Positions 38,449 to 51,147 of a stretch of 64,000 nt of DNA are shown one piece after another. The translations under genes were made by a program, and so were the position numbers. Numbering within the stretch: position 1 is the stretch's first letter; each line of letters starts with the position of its first letter. The notes under the pieces are model-generated. The model saw only the letters and a list, made by a program, of their open reading frames with translations, had not been told where the DNA came from and did not search any database. This DNA is from Piromyces finnis finn (taxonomy: Eukaryota > Fungi > Neocallimastigomycota): contig MCFH01000020.1 of NCBI GenBank assembly GCA_002104945.1, positions 372,001-436,000 on the forward strand, given 5' to 3'.

Positions 38449-40230
38449 ATGAATTGTCTGTTATTATCTCTTTTGTTCATTACTATAATTGAACAAGTAT
38501 ATGGACGTTTCGTCACTTTCAGCTTAATTACTTTTGGAAATGAAGCATCTGTTACTTTTGGTGGTAAGACATTACCATTAAAAAGAATTGATAATTATTC
38601 AAATGTTCATTCTGCTACAGGAATATGTCCAGATGAAGAATTTGAGTATACATATTCAGTTGACGGTAAACCTGAAGGTTTTTCTAGAGTTCTTCCAGTT
38701 AATGCACTTACTACTCATAATGAATTTTTCGGAAGAAAAGATACTATTAGACCATTAAAAGGTTTAGGTTATCCAGAAAATAAACCAAGATGGACTCGTT
38801 CTATTGGTAAAACATCACTTTTCGATGATTCATATATACCAACTGTTATTTTTGATGCTGATTCTAGGGAATTTTTTAAAAGTGGAAATGATACTTGGAC
38901 TTTAGGTAGATTTACTATTATTATAAAGGATGAAATTTTCACTGAAGAAAATGTTCCAACTAAGGCACAAAATCGTTACCAAGATAAATTCCAATTTAGA
39001 ATTAAGCTTGAAAAGAAAATTCATAAAAGAAGAGTTTTTAAATTTAGATCAAATTCAGCTGATCCAGCATTCTTCCGTCAATCTATTTATGGTGATGTTG
39101 CTGCTGCTGTTGGTAACCCAGTACACAACCAAATTGTTGTTCGTATTTATTTAAGTGATGGTACTCCAATTGGTTTATACTTGATGATTGAAGTTACTAG
39201 TTCAAAATCATTCATTAAAACTCAATTTTATGGTAATGAAATTACTGAAAAGGTAAATGCTCCAAAAACTTTAGGTTTCCCATTAGATTGTAGTACTGGT
39301 GCTGATTTCATTCCAGATCACAGCATTAGTGCCTTCCAATATTCTGAAGGTGAAAATAATGAAAAAATTAAATATTTAATTGAAGCTATGCATGAAATTG
39401 ATGTTAATAACGAAGATGAAGTTAAAAAGTTCAGTAAAGAATGGTTTGATATGGATATCTTCTTAAAAGCTCTTGCTTTAGAATATTTAACTGGTGATTG
39501 GGATTCCTACTGGATGTTAACTACTAATTTTGTTATGTATGATGATCCAACTGAATCTACAGATAAAACATTCAAATACTACTTTATTGATCAAGACTTT
39601 GATTTAACTTTTGGTCTTGGATTATCATCAAAAATCAATACTTTTGGAGATGAATTCCCATCTCAATCATACAAGACATTAATTGACCGTTCATGGAGTA
39701 TTGGATCAAACGATGGTCCAACTAGAGAAGCAATCGATTTATTCTTAAAAGGTGGTGTTACCACCAAAATGTTTGAAAACCATTTGATTGATATTGTTAA
39801 ACACGTTTTTAACCCAGTTGCATTAGGTCGTCGTATTGATGAATATGTAGATCGTTACTCTAGTGAAATTGAATGGGATTATGGTTTTGAAAAATTACAT
39901 ATTGGTGCTGATCCAAATAAAACAAGATATGAATGGAAATATAATGACTTTGTTGAAAATATTGAAAGTACTGGTAAACAAAGTACTCCATGGGGTTTAA
40001 AGCAATGGATTACTATGCGTGCCGAAGCTATTGCTGAAGAATTTGACTTTGAATGGGATAAAGTTCCATTAGAACCAAGGGAAATTGTTAAAAACACTGA
40101 TGAATCCTTTAACTTGGTAAATAATTCAAATAAAAATAAGGTTTCTAGCAGTGCTTGTTCTGTTTCTCATCATTCATCAATTATTTTTGTTACTTTTATT
40201 TCAATCATCCTTATTGGATTACTTTTGTAA
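38449..40230 (+). CDS. CotH-family atypical kinase, paralog 2, intronless
   Basis: 593-aa ORF collinear with paralog 1. It has the same GDWDSYWMLTTNFVMYD and IDQDFDLTFG motifs, a signal peptide and a hydrophobic C-terminal tail. Confidence 0.9.
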   Translation: MNCLLLSLLFITIIEQVYGRFVTFSLITFGNEASVTFGGKTLPLKRIDNYSNVHSATGICPDEEFEYTYSVDGKPEGFSRVLPVNALTTHNEFFGRKDTIRPLKGLGYPENKPRWTRSIGKTSLFDDSYIPTVIFDADSREFFKSGNDTWTLGRFTIIIKDEIFTEENVPTKAQNRYQDKFQFRIKLEKKIHKRRVFKFRSNSADPAFFRQSIYGDVAAAVGNPVHNQIVVRIYLSDGTPIGLYLMIEVTSSKSFIKTQFYGNEITEKVNAPKTLGFPLDCSTGADFIPDHSISAFQYSEGENNEKIKYLIEAMHEIDVNNEDEVKKFSKEWFDMDIFLKALALEYLTGDWDSYWMLTTNFVMYDDPTESTDKTFKYYFIDQDFDLTFGLGLSSKINTFGDEFPSQSYKTLIDRSWSIGSNDGPTREAIDLFLKGGVTTKMFENHLIDIVKHVFNPVALGRRIDEYVDRYSSEIEWDYGFEKLHIGADPNKTRYEWKYNDFVENIESTGKQSTPWGLKQWITMRAEAIAEEFDFEWDKVPLEPREIVKNTDESFNLVNNSNKNKVSSSACSVSHHSSIIFVTFISIILIGLLL

Positions 40231-41117
40231 AATCCATTAAACCTTAATACATAATAATTAATGGCTTTAACATAGTTAATTCAATAATTTTCCCACATCA
40301 TTATCAAAATTTAATTTTTTATAAAAAAATAATAATATGAAGTTTATTTTATAAATATACCAATTACCATTATAAAAAAACTTTATATACAATGATATAA
40401 TTGTAGTTAGTTTGATGATGATGTTTTTTTTTTTTTTTGTATTTTTTTTTTCTTTTTTAAAGAAAAAAGTAAAAGTTTCCTTTGGAAAAAAATATTGAAA
40501 AATATTAATGATGAATGATAAAAAAAAAAAATACATGATTTAATAATACTATATCTATAACACATAATATATAAGTTAATTATCTACATAATTTTAAACA
40601 AACAAACGAAAAAAAAAAGTAAACAAAATTCATATATTAATAATATTTTAGTATGTAATTCATTAATTCATAATAGTCATAATTATATAATATTAAATAA
40701 TTGAAATTATTATTACCATATATATCCTATCCTATAATAACAATAATAACAATAATATTAAAAATAATATTAAAAATATTTATTCATCATATATATATTT
40801 TATATTTGATAAAAAATCTTGAATAAAAGATTTTCTATATAAAAAGTAATGATAATAATAATAAAATAAAAAAAAAAAAAAGTCAAAACACAATCTTTCA
40901 TTGTTATATATTTATGTGTGTCAAAAATAACAAGGGATAACTATTTTATTGATAAAATTACAATAGTTAATAATAGTAAATAATAAAAAATTAAAAGCAA
41001 TAAATTTTTCTAGTATGGACGAAAGAAATATTAAAGTTCCCTTTTTTTTTTTTTTTTTTGGTGAAGAGGTTTTATGAAAGTGTTAAAATTAAACAGGCAC
41101 TTTTGAAATAAAAATAA

Positions 41118-41382
41118 ATGGAGATCATGATGTTGTCTCTTATAAAAATAGGATCTTTGACATGGATTCCCATTGGAAGTTAAATTCAATATATTATTAC
41201 TTTAGTATTATAATGGCCTTTTTACTTTAATTAAAATTATTAAAATACATTATGCCCATTTTTTATTCATTTGTGTTTAATAAAATTTTTTAATATTTCC
41301 AAATGTATTTTTAAAAAGGATAGATCATCATTTTTATTAATATAATAAAAAAGTTTTTAAAAATAGTTGCAGCGGTTAAAAA
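41118..41382 (+). mobile_element. Decayed 3'-end remnant of the same LINE family
   Basis: Collinear with 36970-37240. Shared blocks are ATGGAGATCAT, GATCTTTG, CCCATTGGAAGT, TACTTTAGTAT, TACTTTAATTAAAATTA, TTTTTATTCATTTGTGTTTAAT and a terminal GC[C/G]GTTAAAAA. Confidence 0.75.
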
Positions 41383-42644
41383 TATATATATATTTATTCT
41401 TATATTTTTTTATTTATTTTTTGTTTAATTATATTTTTTTGGAATATTAGTTTAGATGTAGAAACTAACTTTCAGACGAAATAATATAAAATATATTTAT
41501 AATAAAAAATTTCATATCATTTTATATTATTACTTTTATAATCATTTTTTATTTAATTTACTATAGTATTATTTTATAAATTTATAAATGAAAATATATT
41601 TGAATATTTTATAAATTTAATTAATGCATATTGTAATGTTCTTATTATATTGTCATTTATCATTTTGTTAAATAAAAAAAAGATACATCATAAAACATAG
41701 TTTTTAGCCTTTTTTTTTTTTTTTTATAAATCTAGGCTATTTAAAAAAAAAAAAATAGCTATTTTATATATTCATTTTAATTGTTACAGTTATTGTAATT
41801 ATTAATAAAAAAGGACTATTTTAGTACATTTTTATTTCAAAAAAAAAAAAAAAACATTTTATTTTATAATAATTAAAATTTGAATAATTTTTCATTGTTG
41901 TTTGAAGTAATAGAAATTAAACTAAAATTATATAAAAAAGGTTATATTAAATATATTAAATGGTTGAAGATTAAATTTGGTTACTATTATATGAATTTTT
42001 TCATTTTTTTAATATATTGGCAAATATATTATTAATCCATTCAATTTTTAAATGGTTAATTTTAACAATTAATAAATTAAAAAGTTTAATGAATAAAAAA
42101 AAAAAATTCACAAGTTTTTTTTTCAAAAAAATATAATCACGTGTCATAAATATGGTCATCATTTTTACCAACGTGAGTTTACGTGATATCGAATGTTTTA
42201 AATATTATTTTAGAGTTAATTTATTAAAGGTTTATATCATGTTTCATATATAAATATTTTATCATTTATCTTATTTAATTTTGTAAAGGAATTATATTAT
42301 TGTAGGTAGTTTTTTTTTTGTTGGTTTGTTTAAATGAAATCCTTTTTACTAATTATTTTCTCATTATTATTGTACCGTATTTCTAGTGGAAACCATGATA
42401 ATCTTTATTTTTTTTTTAAATGATGGCATAGCCTAATTTTATTATCTCTTTTCAACTTTTATTATTTAATTTTATAAAGATTCCATATGAATCATAATTG
42501 TATTTTTATTGATTATCCTCTAAGTATTATGAATTTATAAATATTAAAATAAACATTTTATAATATATGTATAAACCTACACACATACAACAATTATATA
42601 TTTGAAATAGTTGTTGCTTTCTAAATTAAGAAATATAATCCATA

Positions 42645-42676
<32 letters not shown>

Positions 42677-43073
42677 CAGAATTTTGGTAAATATTTACCC
42701 ACATTTATTCTAAATTTAGATATATTGTATTTTATTAAATCTCTTTTTTTTTTTTTTCTAAAAAAAAACTTTAAATTCTTGTTTTGCTTTGTATGAATTA
42801 AAAACTCTATATTTGGAAGGTAGTATTATCAACATTGTTTGAAAATCTAAAACATTCTTAATAATAAAATGAGACAAAATCTATATTAATAATTTAGGGA
42901 TGAAATTTTTTTTTTTGGAGAAAATTTTTATTTGTGTTATATAATTTATTGATAAAATATTTATGATACATTGAAAAAAATAAATAAATAAAAAAAAGTA
43001 TATGGAAATAATAATCTTTTAAAAAAGATGAAAAAAAAAATATACTTTTTTATTTTCAAGTAAAGTGTACAAG

Positions 43074-45357
43074 TTATTTACGAGAACGTAAACTGTAGGT
43101 ATGGTTTGGTATTTTTTTCTCCTTTTCTTTAGAGTCATTATCTTCAATTTTGATACTTTGAGATTTTTCTTCTTTTTCATTTTTTATTTTTTTAGATTGT
43201 TTCATGTTTTCTTCTTTTATTTTTAAAGATTCAGGAGCTGATTTATACTTATCCTCTTCTTCTTTCTCTTCCTTTTTAACTTTTCTAGATTTTGAATCTT
43301 TGTCTACTTTTATTTTTTTATATCTTGATGATCTTGTGGTTTTTTTAACTGTATCTTTTGTTTCTTCATTTTCTATTTCTTCTTTTGAAACATTTTTTCT
43401 TCTTGAATTTTTCTTTTTCTCATTAACTGTCTCTTTTTTATCTCCGGTTTCAACTTCTTTCGTTTTATTATCTGATTTTTTTCTCTTATTCTCTGTTTTT
43501 AACTATATCATGTAATATAAAAGAATATAATTCGTTATATAAGAACTTAAACCTTTAGAATTTAATATTATTGCCATTATTGTAATATTACTTTTTGTAA
43601 TGTTGGTACAATTGCGGATGTTCTACCACCGGCTTTTAAAAACTCAATCTTTCCTACTCCTGGAATACTAACTGAATTTCCTTTGGTACTACCACGTTTA
43701 TTCCAACGATAGTGAAAGATCCAATCTTTTGGGAATAAGTCAGCATCCGCATTAACAGATATTGATAGTTTAATAATTTCATTCATTGAATCATATATTC
43801 TTTTTATATCCTCATCATTTAAAGCACTAACATTTTGTAAAGGGTGTACTCTTGCTTGATAAAGGATCTAATTTAAACATATACATACATATAGATATGG
43901 TAAACTGTTAATAATTTTATTATTTATAGTAAAAATAATTTTTATATTTAAATAGTATCATCATATATTTGTCTTTTTTAACCAACCTCATCAGCAATCT
44001 ATAATATATAGGATTTATACGGCGGATAATAATTAATAATCATTAAAATTATAAAGTTATCTAATATAATGATTAATTTTGTATTTATTCATTAGTTACC
44101 CAATTGCCTATACCAGATGAAAATGATTGATCGAGAAGTAATGCTTTTATTCCACACTATATAAAAAATAGATATAATTAATAGTTATACTGGTTGTAAT
44201 TAATATTAAAATATAAATTATTATTATTACATAAGTTATTAATTTTATTCACAATAGCTTACTGTTTTCGTTTTTATTGATTTTAGGTAATCTTCAAAAG
44301 GTGGAACTTCATTCATAATGTCGAAACCATGGTTAGATAGAGGCTCTTCTTTCATAATATCTTTGGAAAGCCATACCCGACCTAATCTTCTTACATCACA
44401 AAAAGTAAAACAATCAATTTTGTTATTGTTTTCTTCCTTCCATTCTTCATCTTCTTCATTTTCATTCTGTTTTTTATTAAACTCATTAATATTTTTAATT
44501 AAACTTTTGTCATCCGTTATATATATCATCATTTTGTACCAACGAGGTGGCCATGAAACATCGTCCTTACTTTTAGCATTTCTATATTGTATTAATTGTT
44601 GACCTTTTATCTATATTATTAAAATAAAAGAAAAAGAAAATAATATATAAGTAGGGTGATAACAATAATAATAAATTACAAATAATAATAATTAACATTA
44701 TGATTATATTTTTTTTTTTTTTTTTTTTTTTTAAAAAAGGTATTATTTGTTTTACTTTATTAAATTTTATAAATAAATAATATATATATATTTAGTGTTA
44801 TCATTATTTTTGTTAATTTCAAATTAAAATCCATTGAACTTTGAAAAACAAAATTACAATTGAATATATATAAAATTACATACTTTAAGTTCTCCTGTCA
44901 TTCCAAAATGAAATCCTAATTGAAAAGAGTCTTCTAATTCTATCCAAAATACTTTTCCATGTCGTTTAACATCCAATATTTTTTTTCCCAATATAGATTT
45001 TACAACATCTTGTGAATCTTGCTTTGAAAAAACAATTGTATCTATTGGCTTTTTTTTTTTTTTATTTTTAAAAAAGGAATTTAGTATTATTTAAATTTAT
45101 ATTTATATTTAGAATAGAATAATATATATAAAATTATAAAATAAGATATAATAAAATAAAAATAACAAATAAAGAGAAATGAATAATAAAAATGGTTCAT
45201 TCAGGTTCAATTTAATTAAATTTTGAAATTAAAAAAAAAAAAGAAATTATGTATAATATTCATTATTAAAATTTACAGCTTTGGCTTTAATAATAGTTTT
45301 TCCAATAAAAGGTTCAAGATACTTTTTTGCTCTTTCTACTTCTGGTAGTTCTGGCAT
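43074..45357 (-). CDS. fpg: Formamidopyrimidine-DNA glycosylase (Fpg/MutM, zincless plant/fungal type) with a Lys/Glu-rich tail
   Basis: MPELPEVE start at 45357, then RHGKVFW, HFGMTG, WPPRW, FCDVRRLGRV, LLLDQSFSSGIGNW-IADE-ILYQARVHP and WIFHYRW. The final exon ends HTYSLRSRK*. Confidence 0.92.
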
Positions 45358-45480
45358 TTTATTAAATTTATTAAAATATTATTTCTTTTTTTTTTTTTTT
45401 TTTAAATTTTCTTATTATTTCAAGGGAAAGCTTAATTAAAAAATTTTTAATATTTTTAAAAGGGTATACACTACTGTTTT

Positions 45481-45513
<33 letters not shown>

Positions 45514-46197
45514 ATTATATTATTAACATAAATATCAATAATTAATATTATATAAAGGGGAAAAATAAAATAATATATAACAGTTCTAAGGTACACTACA
45601 GCTTATATATTACTATGTAATATAAATTAGCCTAACTAGCAAATGGTAACTTTATTGGACTTTTAATTATAAAAGAATAAAAGAATGCCATATTTACTTG
45701 GCAAAATTCAATTAAAAAAGGAAAAGTATTAAATGTAATTTTTTTTTTTATTATTTTCTATTTTGTCATAGGTAGAGGATAAAAACAAAAAATTCATTAT
45801 TTATTATAATGAAAAAACATCAAAATAGCTTTAAAGAATTTTGTTTTAATTAAAAGTAGAATATTCTAAAATTTAATGATGTGTAAATTATTCACTATGA
45901 AGCATAATGTCATTATTAATGTTTAAAATCATAAATATAAGAATAATCACTTGTTACTTTATTGCTTTTTATTTTTGTTATTTTGTTAATATAATTAATG
46001 AAAGAATAGAATCAAATTGAAGTATAGAAACAAAAAAAGTTTAAAGATGAAGTTTCTCAAATAATGCTCGTTTATTAAATTAACATCTTTAATCAGGCAA
46101 ATTGAACAAAATTCATTGGACATAAGCTTAAATGAAAATGATAACTTAATCTTTCATAACAATTATGGGAATTATATTTTCTAAAATATTTTTTATT

Positions 46198-46393
<196 letters not shown>

Positions 46394-46760
46394 CCCAAAT
46401 TAATATTAAATAAAATGATTTATCCATTTCATTTTTTTTTTGTTATAGTAAAAATTCGCTTTAAAAAAAAATTAATAATTCATTTAATTATACTTAAAAA
46501 ATTTATATATAAATTTAAAAATAATTTATAATTTTATTATTTTTTTTGATGATAATAAATATCCTGAAATCTTTCCTATTACATTTAAACAATCTAAAGA
46601 GTAATAATTGATGGCATAAAGCAAAATTCAAAGTATAAAAAGTAGTTTATTAAAATATTAAAAAAAAAAAATTTTTTTAAAGAAATTTGAAATGGTCTTT
46701 ACAAGTTTATCCTTTTAAATTTAAAATCAAAATTATAAAAAAAAATATTTAGGATAAACT

Positions 46761-47555
46761 TTATAGATAGGTCCAAACAGGTGATGTATTGTAGTCGGTT
46801 TTTCTTAAAGTATATAACATATTACATTTTGAAATGAAAGGATATAGTTGTGGTGGTTGTACACTTTCATCAAGATAAGGTTGTGTAAGGTCAGTATTCC
46901 AGAGACATTCAACAATTTTTATTTGTTTAGTGATTGGATGTTGAATAATAAATTCTGATGTCGGCTCGTTTTCATTCTTTTGAGTCTTTAAAGTATTGTT
47001 TGAAAAAGGAGTATTCGTTGTATTATTCATGGAGAGAATATCTTGGTCTGCATTATGACAACAAAAAACATTTTGAAAAAGATGATTTCCATTGGGGGTA
47101 ACACAATAACCAGAAATTCCTTCAATTTGATGTTGATAATAATTGGAAATGCATGAAATATCCTTTAGCATACGCTTATAGAAATTCTTTCCAACAATCG
47201 AACGATTTAGTACCTCGATATGATAAATATGAATACCAATAGGTCTTAATTTTTCTCTGTATTTGTCACTATCTGTACTCCATTCAATATTAAGCGTATT
47301 TTCAAAACATTCTCCTTTAATCAACTCATTCCATGTTTTCAATGGCATTGGAATAGCTATAGCCATAGCAACAATATCATTAGATTCTCCATTTGTATTT
47401 TTATTAACATATATCATACCATATTTAGGAAATTTACTATACCAACGATCAACTATTTCCTCATTTATTTTATTTTCTTCAGATACAGGATATACTTTTG
47501 CATCTAAATGTAATATTAACTGATAATCCAAATTATTTATTCCTCTTAATTCCAT
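46761..47555 (-). CDS. Intronless 264-aa hypothetical protein, possible GNAT-like fold
   Basis: Clean ORF with true ATG and coding-like composition. The pattern LDAKVYP...VAMAIAIPM...IGIHIYHIEV...ISGYCVTPNGNHLF is reminiscent of GNAT strands; the family call is tentative. Confidence 0.55.
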   Translation of the reverse strand: MELRGINNLDYQLILHLDAKVYPVSEENKINEEIVDRWYSKFPKYGMIYVNKNTNGESNDIVAMAIAIPMPLKTWNELIKGECFENTLNIEWSTDSDKYREKLRPIGIHIYHIEVLNRSIVGKNFYKRMLKDISCISNYYQHQIEGISGYCVTPNGNHLFQNVFCCHNADQDILSMNNTTNTPFSNNTLKTQKNENEPTSEFIIQHPITKQIKIVECLWNTDLTQPYLDESVQPPQLYPFISKCNMLYTLRKTDYNTSPVWTYL

Positions 47556-47877
47556 TTCTTAATTTTAAAAGATATATTTTCCAAAAAAATAATAACCTTC
47601 AAATATTAAAATTTATCTATATACCACTCAATCAAATAACACATCAATAACAATTTTTATATTAATTTTAAATTTTATTTATTTACAGATTCTATGAAAA
47701 AACAATTGAAAAAACGATATTCCGATTAACACTTTAAATTTATATTGATAACACGCCTCTATTAAACTTCTAAAATATTTGAATTTTAAAAATTCTTTTT
47801 ATTTAAATAACCCCAATACTTATAACAATAAGTATTTTATTTATGTTCTTCAATAAATTAAATTAAGATCAATTAAT

Positions 47878-48437
47878 TTATTCTTCATCAGCAGCTTGGT
47901 CAACGTTGTAGTAACGGATTTCGTAAGCGGCCTTGGAAGAGGCAACAACACGGAGCCAATCACGGAGGGAAGACTTCTTAAGGAACTTCTTGGTTAAGTA
48001 CTTAATGTATCTCTTGGAGAATTGAACATCTGGTTGAACGGTGACCTTAATTTCATTACCAGAGCGGGAAACGGCAATCTTCTTACCGAAGTTGTTAGTA
48101 CGACCTTCAACCTTAATTCTGGTGACGAGGTAGTTTTCTAAGTCGGCAACATTTAAGATACCATCGTTAGCTGGACCGGTACAGTCGATAGTGTAGACGT
48201 TTTCCTTCTTAACAACCTTCTATAATTTTCAAATAATTTATTTTTATTTATTGATTTTTTAAATTCAAATTATTTGAATTCATCCATTATAAAAATAAAA
48301 AAAAAATAAAGTTAACATTTATGAGCAAACCATATTTAAGGCTACTCCTGTTTGTTTTTTATACAGTTAGGAGATAACTCTATTTTTAAATACATAATAC
48401 ATCATAATTATTTTAATCAACTTACAGCTGGAGCCAT
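47878..48437 (-). CDS. RPL22: 60S ribosomal protein L22 (eL22), 2 exons
   Basis: ATGGCTCCAGCT|gtaag intron 48220-48425, then YTIDCTGPANDGILNVADLENYLVTRIKVEGRTNNFG...FSKRYIKYLTKKFLKKSSLRDWLRVVASSKAAYEIRYYNV. Strong C-ending codon bias. Missed by the ORF track. Confidence 0.96.
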
Positions 48438-48512
48438 TTCAAATAATTATTGATTAATTTGAGAGAAGGAATAAACTATTATTAAACAAAAATTTATTTA
48501 TAGTAATATATA

Positions 48513-48543
48513 TCACGTGAAATAATTAAAATCTGCCCAATCA
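48513..48543. promoter_or_regulatory. Candidate RPL22 promoter elements: palindromic TCACGTGA E-box and CCAATCA
   Basis: TCACGTGA at 48513-48520 and CCAATCA at 48537-48543, ~75-105 bp upstream of the ATG. CCAATCA also occurs at 14043 and 51274, upstream of other genes. Confidence 0.35.
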
Positions 48544-48943
48544 TCTACATAAAAATATACTTTTGACCAACAAATGTAAAAATAATTAAGTAAATATGAT
48601 ATAATTTTAAATAAATTAATATTAGTGTTGAATATTATATTTAAATTAAAGAAGTATTTATTTTTTCCACCACATTTGTGTAATTTTTAATATGTAGATG
48701 ATTTTAATAATATTACATTACACACATTTTTTAAATACATTTTTTTTAATAATGGAAAATAATTATGTTTAATTATTGTAATTATTTATTTTGTTTGCAA
48801 TTTTTAACCTTTATTTTTGTGATTTTTAAAATACATTTATATTATATTATACATTGTATTAATATTATATATATTTATAAAATTGAATAATCTAATCCCA
48901 ATCAATAATTATATTTTTTATTTTAGAACTAATGTTTTTAAGT

Positions 48944-51147
48944 TTAAGAATCGTTTTCTTCAGTAGAGGTGTTTTCTGGTAATTTACCAACAAGTGGAGC
49001 TGGAATATTATCCTTCTTTAAGTAGGAAGATGCAGCTTGTCTTGATAATTGAATTAATAAATTGCTATAATGTTTATTTGAATTAATATAATTTAGTATT
49101 AATTCACATTTTTATTTAAAATTAAAATATAATATTAATTTAAACTTACTCCATAATAACAAGAGCAGACATAGTTTCAACAATTGGAACAGCTCTAGAA
49201 ACAACGCATGGATCGTGACGACCCTTTGCAGCTAATTCACCTTCAGTACCGTCATAAGTACAGGTCTTTTGAGCTTGACCAATAGTAGCAACTGGCTTAA
49301 AGGCAACTCTGAAATAGATAGTTTCACCATTAGAAATACCACCCTATTATTTTTTATTAATTTATATAAATTATTATATTTAATATATATCTTTTTTTTT
49401 TTTTCCATATATTTATTGAAATATTAATATTATCAACTTACTTGAATACCACCAGAGTAGTTTGTAGTAGTACCTAATTTACCGTTTTCTTTCATTACAA
49501 AAGCATCATTATGAATATGACCATTTACTGTAGTACCAGCGAAACCACTACCAATTTCAAATCCTTTTGTTGCTGGAAGAGAAAGCATAGCTTGAGCAAG
49601 TTGAGCTTCAAGTTTATCAAAACATGGTTCACCTAAACCTGATGGAACATTACGAATAACACAGACCAAAGTTCCACCAATTGAATCATGTTGTCCACGG
49701 GTTTCTAAGATTTTCTGTTTATTTTAGTATAATAATATTAATTAAAAACAAATAATATATATAAGATGTCGATTATAATATATACATTAATTTATAATCA
49801 ATTAATTAAATGAACAGTTACATATTATATTTATATAATATTCTTTTTTTTTATTATATATATAAAGTATCTTACGTTTCTGAATTTTTCAGCATATTCT
49901 GGATCTGGGCAACGAACTTCATTAGAGTCGACATCATCTCTAGAAACTTTTTCAATTAATTCCCAGAATTTTGGATATTCTTCAATCTTAGTTGGGTACA
50001 TAGAAATATCACCAACAGAAGAAACAAAAGAAACAATTTCAATATTGAAAGCTTCCTTTAAGTATTTTTCTGCAATAGCACCTGCGGCAACTCTACCTAT
50101 TATCCCATATAATTTTTTTTATTATTTTTAAATATAAATTATCAAGATATATTTATATTTAATAATACTATATTTATTTTATATATTCTTCTTCCATTAT
50201 ATATAAAAATTATATTTTATATTTTACCAATTGTTTCACGAGCGGAAGCACGACCACCACCACTGGTTGCCTTAAGAGAATACTTTTCTAAATAAGTATA
50301 ATCGGCATGAGATGGACGTGGGTATACAATAGCATTAGAGTAATCATTTGGTCTTTGGTCATTATTTGAAACCATTAAACCAATTGGAGTACCTAAAGTG
50401 TAACCTAATTCAGTACCAGAATATATAGTTACTTTATCCTTTTCATCTCTCTTTTTTTATTTAATAATATTATTTATTAATAATATAAATGATATAATAA
50501 AAATTAATTAATTATAATCTACTTTTACTTTTTAAAAATGTATTTATCTGTTATTTATTTTTATATTTTAAAAGTTTATATTTAATTAAATTGATTAAAA
50601 ATTAATATCTTATTGTTAAATTTATTAATTATTGAAATTCTTCAAATAATATAAAATATTCATTCTTTTATTTCATATTATTATAATAATCTTCAATGAT
50701 ATTTATATAATTTTTAAAATAATCTATATATTTTCATTTTAGTCTTCTTGTTCATTTTCAATTTTCAACTTTACTCTTATAATTTCTTCAAATTCATTAA
50801 AATCAATTTAAATTTGATGAAAATTATAATTTATATTAACATTTTAACAATTGTTAGAATGCATTAAAACTTGAAACATTCTTTTCTTTTCTTTCATTGA
50901 TATTCTATTTTTCACTCTTTTACTTTATGTATTAAAAATTATTACTATTTTTTATTTAATTAATATATTTTCATCATACTGGAGTTGTTAATTTGCTTTG
51001 TCCTGGTCTTCTTCTGGTTAATTGAACTTGAACATCAGATTCAGTTAATTGTAAACCTGGTGGGCAACCGTCAACGATGACTCCAACACCTTTACAGTGA
51101 GATTCTCCGAAAGTAGTTACTCTAAATAATTTTCCAAAAGAACTCAT
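48944..51147 (-). CDS. ARO2: Chorismate synthase (multi-exon)
   Basis: [29 protein letters not shown]...[53 protein letters not shown] and [17 protein letters not shown]. Confidence 0.96.

Noticed and set aside
42136-42143. CDEI-like ATCACGTG (point centromere)
   Set aside because: No CDEIII-like element, and point centromeres are a Saccharomycetaceae feature.
50690-50930. Coding-looking purine-rich stretch in the long ARO2 intron
   Set aside because: Short frames with stops and no recognisable motif.
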